From a virus (Duplodnaviria; Caudoviricetes), in the IMG/VR virus record IMGVR_UViG_3300045391_005020: DNA of 64,000 nucleotides. One strand, given 5' to 3'. Positions 55,175-64,000 of this stretch are shown here, piece after piece. Under the pieces are notes generated by a model. The model was not told where the DNA came from. It saw only the letters and a program-made list of their open reading frames with translations, and ran no database searches. Numbering within the stretch: the first letter of the stretch is position 1; every line of letters starts with the position of its first letter. Position numbers and translations under genes: made by a program.

Positions 55175-56011
55175 TCAGGTATCCTTCGATTCGTACATGC
55201 CCATGTCCTGGGCTTCTTGGGTGAGGTCGGAGAGGATTTCTTTCCGGTGCCACAGATCTTTCTTGAGGAGGCAACGGCAGACGGCGAGTTGGGCGGTGTC
55301 ACCGAACGAGTGGATCGGCTTCTCGCCCATGATGCGCCAGCCCGTGAAGCTGCAGCGCCAGGGAGGTGGGCAGAAGCAATCGCCGTCGAAACTCAGGTGG
55401 GCGCCGCCGTGGATGTCGTTCGCGATCTCCTGCATGACCTCTTGGGCCTGCTCGAAGTCGCGTGACGGGCGCCACACTTCGAAACCCTTGTACCACTTGC
55501 GGCGCACCAGAATCGGAAGCTCGTCGGATTCGGTCGCCTGCATGTATCGGAGACGGTTCGCCGGATTGTGCTCGAAGTCGTTGACCAGGAGATCGGTCAG
55601 GTGCGTAATGTCGCGCGGAACCAGGACCTCGACGAACGTCGGCGTGTAGCGACCGCGCTGCACGATCGCGAGCGCGACCAGGTGATCCATCTCGGTTCCG
55701 GCCGGCATCGCGTTGAACCCAGTTGGATACTGGCGCTCGTAGTCTTCCTCGTGATCTTCCACGATCTGGTTGATCGCGCACTCGATGTTGACGTCAGAGT
55801 AACCGTAGCTGACCGCGACTGAGCGATTGTCACCACTGCCGTAGATGTGATACAGACGCGCCGAGTAATGACCCTTGTCGATGATGCACAGGACATCGAC
55901 GACCTTGCCTGCAATCAGGGCGTGGCGCCACACGGTGAGCTCAACGTCGGCGAGTTCCTTCGCGATCTCGGCGTCCAAGATCGCGTCTCGGTTGACGGGT
56001 TCTTGGATCAC
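55175..56011 (-). CDS. Phage ABA-sandwich-like domain protein
   Basis: AGTEMDHLVA...PSRDFEQAQEVM...GDTAQLAVCRCLL. Confidence 0.5.
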   Translation of the reverse strand: MIQEPVNRDAILDAEIAKELADVELTVWRHALIAGKVVDVLCIIDKGHYSARLYHIYGSGDNRSVAVSYGYSDVNIECAINQIVEDHEEDYERQYPTGFNAMPAGTEMDHLVALAIVQRGRYTPTFVEVLVPRDITHLTDLLVNDFEHNPANRLRYMQATESDELPILVRRKWYKGFEVWRPSRDFEQAQEVMQEIANDIHGGAHLSFDGDCFCPPPWRCSFTGWRIMGEKPIHSFGDTAQLAVCRCLLKKDLWHRKEILSDLTQEAQDMGMYESKDT

Positions 56012-56391
56012 TTCTGTTTCCCGGACCGCTTCTTTTTCTTCTCGGCCTTTTGGGCGGTGTTGTAGAGTTCGATGTAGTTCAGGACCACGCGCTCGCTCAC
56101 GACGTTGTAGGGGATCTTGCGGGCGACAGCCTCGCGGGCGAAATCGCGAAACAGCTCCTCGTCGGTCTCTGGAGCCTTCTTGTCAGCCAGCAGGTAATTC
56201 ATCATCAGACGCTCTACCAGGTGGTTGAACGTGATGTTCAGCTCGTGGGCCCGCTTGGCGAGAACCAGGAAGTCCTGATCGGAGATGTCGATCTTGACCT
56301 CTTTTTCGGACTCATGGAGGGGAACGCGACGGGGCTTCATGTGCCCCTACATCGTGCAGAAATTTACCAGCAGTCAACCCTATTGTTACGA

Positions 56392-57168
56392 TCAGATCTC
56401 GACCAAGAGCTGGCTTGAGAACCCGGGGTTCTCGGCGTCCGAGTAACCACGGGGGTTACAGACGAGGCGGGTCGGTCCAACCTGGACGTCGGCACTGGTA
56501 TGGGTGTGACCGAACAGCCACGCCTTCAGGTTGGGGACCATCAGGTCTTCACAGTTGCTGCAGAAGTAAGGGTTGAGGGGGCGGCCATTCTGGAGCCAGT
56601 ACGGGCTGATGGCCTGCACACTGGGCATGAAGTGCGTCACCGCCACGACCTCGGGGTACTCCTCGACCATGACGATTTCCTGGATGTAGGACTTGGTGCG
56701 AGCATGTATGTGGACTAGATCTGTCGGATCCAGCAGGCGTCCCTCGTGACCAATGCAGCCGACGAAGTCACTGATACCGCGCCGCGCGTAGTGCATGGCG
56801 TGATTGGCTGGAATATCCGGATCGAACAGCTGGAAGTCGGTCCAGAGCGTGCCGCCCACGAACATGACGTCGCCGACCATGTGGCTGGACTCGTCCAGCA
56901 GATGCACATTCGGGAACTCGGTAAGGAGCTCCTTCCAGGCCTGCTTGGTGTCAGCGAAGGTGCTGTAGTAGTAGTCGTGGTTACCGAGCACGATCATAGT
57001 CGGGGTATTCCGCGTCGCTTGCAGAACTTGTCTGATGCGCGGCAGAACCTTCGGGCCCGGGAGCGGACCGAAGTCGCCGGCGATCACGATCGCGTCGGCC
57101 TTCTGGTTCCGTTTGAACGTGAACGCCCGGAACTCGAGGTGGAGGTCACTGACTAGCTGAATTTTCAT
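56392..57168 (-). CDS. Calcineurin-like metallophosphoesterase
   Basis: SDLH, AGD, GNHD, TH..P, GHTH, NPRGY. Confidence 0.9.
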   Translation of the reverse strand: MKIQLVSDLHLEFRAFTFKRNQKADAIVIAGDFGPLPGPKVLPRIRQVLQATRNTPTMIVLGNHDYYYSTFADTKQAWKELLTEFPNVHLLDESSHMVGDVMFVGGTLWTDFQLFDPDIPANHAMHYARRGISDFVGCIGHEGRLLDPTDLVHIHARTKSYIQEIVMVEEYPEVVAVTHFMPSVQAISPYWLQNGRPLNPYFCSNCEDLMVPNLKAWLFGHTHTSADVQVGPTRLVCNPRGYSDAENPGFSSQLLVEI

Positions 57169-57358
57169 GGCTCGCGCGGATCCAGGAACTGGATCAGGTC
57201 ACCGATGTCCAGAGCGTTGTACGCCTTGAGGACGATCCGTTCCGATTCCTTCTGGTCGCCCCGGTGCTTCGCTGCTGCGGCGGCCCCGAACAACTCCTTG
57301 GCGGCCAGCTGGCGCGTCTCGAACTCGGACATGGCTTGGTCGTAAGTGAGTTTGCGTT

Positions 57359-57982
57359 TCATGGCTGGTAGACCTTGTCTGCTAGGCCGAGCTCAACAGC
57401 TTCTTCGGCGGTCAGGATGGTGTCGAACAAGTTCATCTCTCTGAATGTCTTGCCTTTGAACTTGGGATGCTTCTCGCGGATGCGCGTCATCAGGATGGCG
57501 TCCAGTGCGGCGCAGTACCTTTCGTTGAAGTGAACCCACTTCCGAACGATCTGCGGATGATTGACCGCGTGGCCTTCATAGCCCTCGTGGAACATCACGA
57601 CGGCGTGCGGCATCAGGATCCGTTCGTCGGCCGCCTGGAGGATGATGCAGCCCATCGAGCAGGCGTCGCCGTACACCGTGATGGTGACGTGATTCCTGCA
57701 GGCCTTGATGGCGTCGTAGATCGCCATCCCGTGGACCTCGCTGCCGCCTGGATTCGACATGATGATGCGGATCGGTTTGTCGCCGCTTGGGGCGGCCGTC
57801 TCGAGCAAGTGGATCGCCTTGATAAAGCGCTCCGCCATCAAGAAGTCGACCCCAGTCTCGCTGCCGTCCTCTTGGTCGTAGCCTGCGCTGTTGAGGTAGA
57901 CCGTTCGGTTGTCGAGGTCTAGCCCGTAGTCGAAGAACTTGTCGATGTGGTCTTTGTTAACCCTGGACATACTCAGTACCAA
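57359..57982 (-). CDS. clpP: ClpP-family serine protease
   Basis: SNPGGSE, GDACSMG, VMFHE, AEEAVELGLAD. Confidence 0.88.
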   Translation of the reverse strand: MVLSMSRVNKDHIDKFFDYGLDLDNRTVYLNSAGYDQEDGSETGVDFLMAERFIKAIHLLETAAPSGDKPIRIIMSNPGGSEVHGMAIYDAIKACRNHVTITVYGDACSMGCIILQAADERILMPHAVVMFHEGYEGHAVNHPQIVRKWVHFNERYCAALDAILMTRIREKHPKFKGKTFREMNLFDTILTAEEAVELGLADKVYQP

Positions 57983-58207
57983 TCTGGGAGTGGAGGCAGC
58001 ATCTTGCGAAGTCCGTCGATCGCGGCTTGGCGGGATTTGCCGCTGAAGTAGCAGTCGAAGCCCTGGCTCCCGAAGGCCCAGTTTGCGACCCAGCCATTGT
58101 GGTTCTGCGAGACCGTGATGATCACCGGCTTGCCGTCGTGGCAGATCACGACGCGCTCGTAGGGACCAAATTCATCCTGGACCGGAATGACCTCGAGTTC
58201 ATCGCCG

Positions 58208-58561
58208 TCATTCATCTGCGTGGACCGCCTGCACGTCGACCAACTGGCCGTCCGTGAACTTCAATCGGAGGTCGACCCAATAGGAATCGACGTACCCGTA
58301 GGCGTTGATGTAGCCGTGGTAGTTCGCATCGCGCTCACCGATCTGGATTGCCCGGATGGCGCCGAACGACGGGAACCTCTGGTTTGGCCGCTCTTCCAGC
58401 GGGACGTCCTCGTACCGATACATCGGCTGGATCAGCCGGCCGGCCTGGTTGACGCTGTATCGAGTGAGTGCGCACTCGAGATCCTTGGTCTGCCAGCCGC
58501 CGCTCGGATATCCGTGCGGAAGCCAGTCCTTGTGGATCTCGATGTCGTCGAACATCCCCAC
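58208..58561 (-). CDS. Hypothetical phage protein
   Basis: MGMFD..QTKDLECAL..FTDGQL pattern, resembling phage hypothetical proteins (from memory, not searched). Confidence 0.55.
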   Translation of the reverse strand: MGMFDDIEIHKDWLPHGYPSGGWQTKDLECALTRYSVNQAGRLIQPMYRYEDVPLEERPNQRFPSFGAIRAIQIGERDANYHGYINAYGYVDSYWVDLRLKFTDGQLVDVQAVHADE

Positions 58562-59464
58562 GCTAGATTCCGATCTTGAACATGAACCAAGACAGGAACC
58601 CGATGCCGCTGAACATGGTCAGGACACCGCCGAAGCACAGGTGCTTGAAGTACACCGGATCGTGCCGACCCAGGTAGAAGGCGCTGGCGTAGAATACGGT
58701 CGCGCCAACGACCATCAGGGCGACGCCGATACGCATCGCAGCCATCGGGCTCAAACCCGGGATGCGTGCCAGCATGGCGAAGCGGATGTAGAACCACGCG
58801 TCGAGCGCGAGATTCTTGAGCCAAGAAAGAAACTTCATTGGTTGATGTCCTTGAGTACTTGAAAGAGGGAGCTGAGGATCAGGCAGCAGCAGAGAGCCAG
58901 ACCGCCCACGCACATCGCGACGCCGACCCAGTAGTCGCTGTAGACGACGTTGGTGCCGACGATCGCGCATGCCAAAGACAGAGCCGCGATCGAAAGCTTG
59001 AGCCCGAAGGTGCACTCGTTCACGCGACCCTCGCGAAGGTCATGGAGCGATAGCTCGGGAGAGCGCCGCACCGGCGCAGCAGGGATTCGAGCTCGGCCAT
59101 CGCTCGTTCGGCGGTCTTGGCCTGGCCCACGTAGGCGCGGTCACCGTGCGTGTAGCTGGCGCGCCACGGCGAGACTTCCCACTTCTTCAGGGCGGCCTGC
59201 TTGCTCAGGATCACTCCGAGCCGCTGGGTGCCGTTTTGGATCCAAACGAGTCCGGATTCAGTCTTGGTATTCATGACCGTTTCTCCTCTTCGAATGAGTT
59301 AGCGAACGAACAGACAAGCAGGAAAAGCATCACGAGCGTTCCGATGATCGGGCCGGCGATCGCCGGCGTCTTCCAGGCGTCGAACATCGCAACGGCCCAC
59401 CAGCCGCTCGTGTAGATCGCGGAGACGATCATGAAGAACATGATTCGGATAATCTGACGGGAGT

Positions 59465-59788
59465 TCATTCTTGGTCTTCTTCCGGATCTTTGGTCTGCTG
59501 CGCGATGTCGCGCATCTCGTGGATGAATTGCAGCATGGAGGTATTGGCGAATCGCCCGCGCACGTCGGGATTCGCGTGTAGGTAACGCGACAGCGCATCG
59601 CCGAGCAGGATCAGTTCAGAACCCTCGCCCTTCATGGTGAGGACGTGTTCGCCCAAATCGGGGCCGGTGTAGTAGTGGCAACCGATCACGCACGCGAAGC
59701 AGCGCGATTCGAGTTCGTCCATCAGGTCCGGTATCGATGCGAGATTGATTTCCATACAGGCCTCAGTTCTGGGCCGCGAAGCGGTCAC
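59465..59788 (-). CDS. Hypothetical protein, distant paralog of 23824 and 50269
   Basis: LMDELESRCFACVIG. Confidence 0.5.
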   Translation of the reverse strand: MTASRPRTEACMEINLASIPDLMDELESRCFACVIGCHYYTGPDLGEHVLTMKGEGSELILLGDALSRYLHANPDVRGRFANTSMLQFIHEMRDIAQQTKDPEEDQE

Positions 59789-60266
59789 GAATTTGTTCGA
59801 AGCTCACCGGCGCGTAGTCCCAGCAGTCGACGCCGACGTCGAGCGACTTGCCAACGCCAGCTACTGAGCCGTGGCTGTGTCCGAAGAGATGCCAGGCGCC
59901 GTGGTGCCGATGCGGCCAGACCTGATGGCTGTAGTGGGACAGCCAAATCGTCTGGTCCTCGACGGTCACGAGGTTCACTTCCTTGATCCAGCCGAACCAA
60001 CCGCCGCGGTGATAGGTGGACTTCCAGCGCTCGTCGTGGTTGCCCAGGATCAGGAACTTGCGGCCGTTCAGGCGGTTCATGACTTCCGTGGGGGCGTAGA
60101 ACGCTACGTCGCCGAGGAAGTACACGTGGTCCGTCTTCCCGACTCGCTCGTTGTGACGCTCGATCAGGGCCTCGTTCATCTGGGTCACCGAGTCGAACGG
60201 ACGGCCGCAATATCCAAGGATGTTGGTGTGGCCGTAGTGCTGATCGGAGGTGAACCAGGTACTCAT
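59763..60266 (-). CDS. Metallophosphoesterase (phage type)
   Basis: TSDQHYGH, LGD, GNHD, SHY, GHSH, DVGVD. TTGACT-17-TACTCT promoter upstream. Confidence 0.9.
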   Translation of the reverse strand: MSTWFTSDQHYGHTNILGYCGRPFDSVTQMNEALIERHNERVGKTDHVYFLGDVAFYAPTEVMNRLNGRKFLILGNHDERWKSTYHRGGWFGWIKEVNLVTVEDQTIWLSHYSHQVWPHRHHGAWHLFGHSHGSVAGVGKSLDVGVDCWDYAPVSFEQIRDRFAAQN

Positions 60267-60724
60267 TGGGATTGCGGGAGAGTACCTGTTATTTTACCAG
60301 CAGTCAACCGGATTGTACCGATACAGTCCAGTTGATTGTAACGATCTGGCATTCCCTACGCGGGGAAATTGGCCGAGACCAAGCAGGGCTCCAAGCGCCG
60401 ACGCATCTGGATGTCTTTCCACAGCACCGCGGTCAGGAGCAGAATCAGGAGGGCCGCGATCCCGGCGCCCAGGAAGATCACGAGCCAACTGGACATAGGC
60501 ATCCGGGGCTTGTCGGTCACGCCTGGTCCTTCTGGGCCTCGAGGGCAGCTTCGGCCGCAATCAGGCGCTCACAGAGTTCGACCAGCGCCTCGGCCGTCAG
60601 GGCCTTGCGGAGCGGGGTGTAGTCGAGCCCCAGGTTGCTGAACCCTTCCCAGGTGCTCCCTTTGTACATCTGGGAGACCGATCGGCGCCTGGCCAACTTG
60701 GCAAGCTTCAGGATCTTCTCGGGA

Positions 60725-61099
60725 TCAACCATCGTGCTCTGCTGCCGGAATGTCGTACCTGACTACGATCGCGAGTTTTCCCGCCTGCTTCATGGTCTGG
60801 ATCATGTTCTTGGTGCCCTTGGATTCGCCGTCCCAGAAGGCGACCAGAACGTCCGCGTATTGGGCCATCTCGGCGTTCCGGATCGGCCCCGCCCGTAATC
60901 CGTGCTTCTGCCAGTCGGCCGGGAAGCAGCGGGTCGGGATCCGGCTCGCCAGCGCCCAAGCCTCGCCGAGCATGTCAGCGCCCTTCGCGCCGCCGTGCAC
61001 GATCTCGGTGATGTCGAAGTTGGTCCGCACCGTGTCCATGAACTCGGTCAAGAGCCCCATGTCTTCGAAGTACCGGCCGCCGGCGATGATGACCCTCAT
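60725..61099 (-). CDS. SLOG-superfamily (DUF2493/YspA-like) protein
   Basis: MRVIIAGGR, HGGAKGAD, AGPIRNAEM, SKGTKNM. Confidence 0.85.
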   Translation of the reverse strand: MRVIIAGGRYFEDMGLLTEFMDTVRTNFDITEIVHGGAKGADMLGEAWALASRIPTRCFPADWQKHGLRAGPIRNAEMAQYADVLVAFWDGESKGTKNMIQTMKQAGKLAIVVRYDIPAAEHDG

Positions 61100-61431
61100 G
61101 TGGTCGTCCCGTACTTCATGAGCAGGAGACCAACGATCGTGACGGCCAACCCGATCAGCGCAGTTCCAGAGAACCGGATCCCGTAGCACAAAACCGGAAT
61201 CAGAAACGTCGACGCCGTGATGAGGGTGTCCCACCAGAGTCCATAGTAGATCAGCCGACCATTATCGATCGTGGCCCGAGCGAGCAGCACCCAGAGCAGG
61301 TTGCCCACTAGGGCGCAACCGAGACCGGCATAGATGATCCAGGGCTTCGTCTTCAGGGCAGGATTGAACACGAGCCACGAGTAGAGCCCGTAGATCACCA
61401 CTACGCTCAAGAGGAAGCAGAGGATCTTCAC
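61096..61431 (-). CDS. Four-helix membrane protein (DMT/SMR-like)
   Basis: Four hydrophobic segments in 111 aa. Confidence 0.55.
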   Translation of the reverse strand: MKILCFLLSVVVIYGLYSWLVFNPALKTKPWIIYAGLGCALVGNLLWVLLARATIDNGRLIYYGLWWDTLITASTFLIPVLCYGIRFSGTALIGLAVTIVGLLLMKYGTTT

Positions 61432-61798
61432 GCGCCAGCCACGACGCCGCGTTGGCGCATCCGGGTGGTGCCCGTGAAGGCGATTCCGTACTGTTCGGTT
61501 TCGGTCTGGGGCTCCATGTAGAGGTGCGCGACCTGGTAACAGCCCTGGGTGTTCTCCATTGGTTTGATTCCGGTCCCGAGGTACACCATGCCATCGGGAA
61601 TCTGGCCATACTCGCTCACAATGTGAAAGCGCCTGGGAGCGTACTCGCAGTTCATCGAGTCGTATTCATACCAGATCGCGAGACCCGAACCCACGTAGGG
61701 ACCATAGTCGACACGAAGAATCCGCATCTGTTTAGGAAGATCTGGCGACGATGCGAAATCAGTTCCGTTGCCGAATATGTAGTTGCTGATCGACCGAC

Positions 61799-62656
61799 TC
61801 ATTCATTCCCGTTCGTGACGTAGTAGGTTTCGCCTGGCTTCGGGCCGCCACCGCTCGAGACGTTGATCCCAGCGTCGCGGCATGCCTGCTCTGCTTCGCG
61901 CTGCTTCCTGAGCACCATGTCCCAGTAGCCCTCGCGGATTGCTTCGGTCTGCTTTTCGAGCTTCTCATTCATGGCCACCAGAGCGGCCCGGAGCGCTGCG
62001 TTTTCTTTGGACAGTTCGCCGTTCTCGGTTTCGGCTTCACGGAGGCGTTCCTGAACCAGGTCCAGGACGGCCTCGTAATCTTCCGCACTCATGGGCGGAA
62101 GTTCCGGCTCGGAGTCGGTGGTCTCGGGTTCCTGGGTACTTTCGCCGAACAGCGGTTTCCCGTCGGGGCCGACATACATCGGACAATGGGAGGACGTCAC
62201 GACGGTCTCGTAATCGATCTTGGGCGCACCTGGGCAGTTGTGGATCAGGGGCTTCTCGATCGTGCCGCACGAGGCACCGCAGGTTCCGCACGTGACCGGA
62301 AGATGCCCTTGGCCATTCCGGATCGCCTGCTCGCGCCGCTCCTGGTTCCGCATGTCGGTCGCGACGATCTGGAGTTCGTCTGAACCCCACAGCGCAGCCG
62401 AGAGCTTGTCGCCGCAGCCTACGACGCTGACGTAGTCGCCGCCCATCCCGTAGCCGTCGTCGGTCCAGAAGATGTCGTGCCCGAGTTCACGGTCGGGTTT
62501 GAAATGACGCCAGTCGTGGCCGGTCCAGAACGAGATCGTGTCGCCGACCTGGTACACGTCGCCCGCGTACGGATGCTCAGGGAGTGCGTCAGCCCGCCTG
62601 GGCGTCATGTTCGGGTATTGGGCGTAGAAGCCCGAGTGTTGGAAATCTTCAGACAT
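61799..62656 (-). CDS. Hypothetical protein with CxxC and coiled coil
   Basis: 285 aa ORF in the minus-strand operon. Confidence 0.5.
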   Translation of the reverse strand: MSEDFQHSGFYAQYPNMTPRRADALPEHPYAGDVYQVGDTISFWTGHDWRHFKPDRELGHDIFWTDDGYGMGGDYVSVVGCGDKLSAALWGSDELQIVATDMRNQERREQAIRNGQGHLPVTCGTCGASCGTIEKPLIHNCPGAPKIDYETVVTSSHCPMYVGPDGKPLFGESTQEPETTDSEPELPPMSAEDYEAVLDLVQERLREAETENGELSKENAALRAALVAMNEKLEKQTEAIREGYWDMVLRKQREAEQACRDAGINVSSGGGPKPGETYYVTNGNE

Positions 62657-63074
62657 GGTTCACCAGTAGCGATAGATGACGTGGTAGTACTTGGTCACGA
62701 AGTGGAAGATCACGTAGATCAGGAACCCGATGATCGCCAGGTTCAGGATCGAGCCGATCAGGGTGAACGTGCTCGAGAGCACGTTCACGACGGTCCCGGC
62801 CAGTGAGCGTTTCTTCCGCTTTTTCACAGGATCGCCGGCACTTCCGGAATCGCTCCCAACGCGTGGATGTCTTTCCACCGGAACTCAGTCTTGCCGGTGA
62901 GCGGATCGACCACGACCCATTCGGCGTAGCCGCGCTTGATCGCTTCAGTCCGGAGTTGGTTTTCGGTCGCGCTCGGCCGGAGCTGCAGGGCTAAAACGAA
63001 ACCGAGCACCACGCCGATTCCGGCGAACACGAAACCGCTCCAAGCTGGGAGACATCGGTCGTGGGTGTAGTCTG

Positions 63075-63422
63075 TCATCGGTTGTCGCCTTCGCCGTGCA
63101 TGGTTCCGCGGTCGGTGCGGTCTTGGAGCTTCGCGATGTTGTCTTGCGCGATCCCCGAGAGCTTGAGACCGTAGTCGTCCGCGATCGCGGTGATGTACCA
63201 GAGCGCGTCCCCGAGTTCCTTCGAGAGCGCCACGACGTCGATCGGGTTGCCGTCCCGCCATGACTTCTTGAACTTGCCCAAGACTTCGCCGGCCTCTTCG
63301 CCGAGGCCAACAACGTGCACGACCTTCGCTTCTTGGGTTCGGCCACCGGCGTCGTACGCGAGAGCCCGGTCCTGGTAGTCGTCCAGAGTCATGGGCGTCG
63401 GGTAGTAGGTTTTGCGCGACAT
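63075..63422 (-). CDS. MazG-like nucleotide pyrophosphohydrolase
   Basis: GLGEEAGEV, KELGDALWY, NIAKLQDR..RG...GEGDNR. Confidence 0.88.
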   Translation of the reverse strand: MSRKTYYPTPMTLDDYQDRALAYDAGGRTQEAKVVHVVGLGEEAGEVLGKFKKSWRDGNPIDVVALSKELGDALWYITAIADDYGLKLSGIAQDNIAKLQDRTDRGTMHGEGDNR

Positions 63423-64000
63423 CACAGAGTCCTGATCAGGTACCACGCCAGCACCCACAGGATCGCCATGATCCAGGTGCCCTGCGCATCGACACGGAAC
63501 TTGGGATCTTTGCCCAAGCTCGCGAGCGCGTGGAACGCGGTGAGCTTCGCGACGAACTCGCATACGTGGTTGAACGAGTGGACGATCGCGAGGCTGAAGA
63601 CCACGAGAGCGGCAAGAAGATGAAGGACGGCAAATATCATTCTGATTCCTATTCGGTGATGATTGGGGCCGCAGGAGCGACTATGGGTGAGTAAGCCATC
63701 CGGAGTCGACGCTCTGCGCCCCGTATTTCGGCTTGATCCATTTGGACCCGGATCTCGGGCGGATTTTCTCTGGCCTGTCTCTCCAGGTGTTCCGCGAGAG
63801 CGGCCTGCTCGGCCGCAGTGTTGGTGGTGCGCAGAGGCATGATCGGACCCGGCGACGTCAGCAGGGCCGTGAGTCGCGCGACCTCTTGGCGCAGCTCCGT
63901 GATCTCAGTCTGCATAGCATCGACGCGGGCGGTGAACTCAGGCGCGAGCCCGATAGCGCCATCGCGGGTTTCGAGCCCGCCGCCAACCCGAAGTTCGTCC

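Noticed and set aside
57359-57982. ClpP as the prohead protease
   Set aside because: It lies among accessory genes far from the head module and has no scaffold or capsid extension. Its role is left open.
1-64000. Genome-wide TAG reassignment (alternative genetic code)
   Set aside because: Long genes are intact in the standard code, and TAG ends int, pth2 and other ORFs at their expected C-termini. I saw only one clear in-frame TAG.

Overview
This GC-rich window looks like part of a large tailed-phage genome. Almost all genes are on the minus strand and there are no host housekeeping operons. 0.1-18.9 kb holds a phage multisubunit RNA polymerase, split unusually into a beta/beta'-N fusion plus a separate beta'-C gene. 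Beside it are a portal-like gene and Gly/Ala/Pro-rich putative internal virion proteins, including a Nudix-HAD polyprotein. 18.9-33 kb holds tail fibre/beta-helix adhesins, a phosphoesterase and a dNMP kinase. 33-39 kb holds a BCS1-like AAA ATPase and small ORFs. 39.5-51 kb is an ~11 kb RNA operon with 29 tRNA genes that I folded by eye, several non-canonical tRNA-like and structured RNAs, two Pth2-type genes, an integrase/excisionase with attP-like repeats and an LpxR-like outer-membrane gene. 51-64 kb holds accessory genes (ClpP, phosphoesterases, SLOG, MazG). The most striking signal is an apparent translation-stress circuit. It has a leader-peptide attenuator with boxA at the operon head, a perfect 17-bp leader/trailer complement bracketing the whole operon, and an amber-suppressor tRNA(CUA) just upstream of a Pth2-like gene interrupted by an in-frame UAG at codon 5. 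TAG otherwise still acts as a stop. All calls come from manual motif reading; no database searches or folding programs were run.
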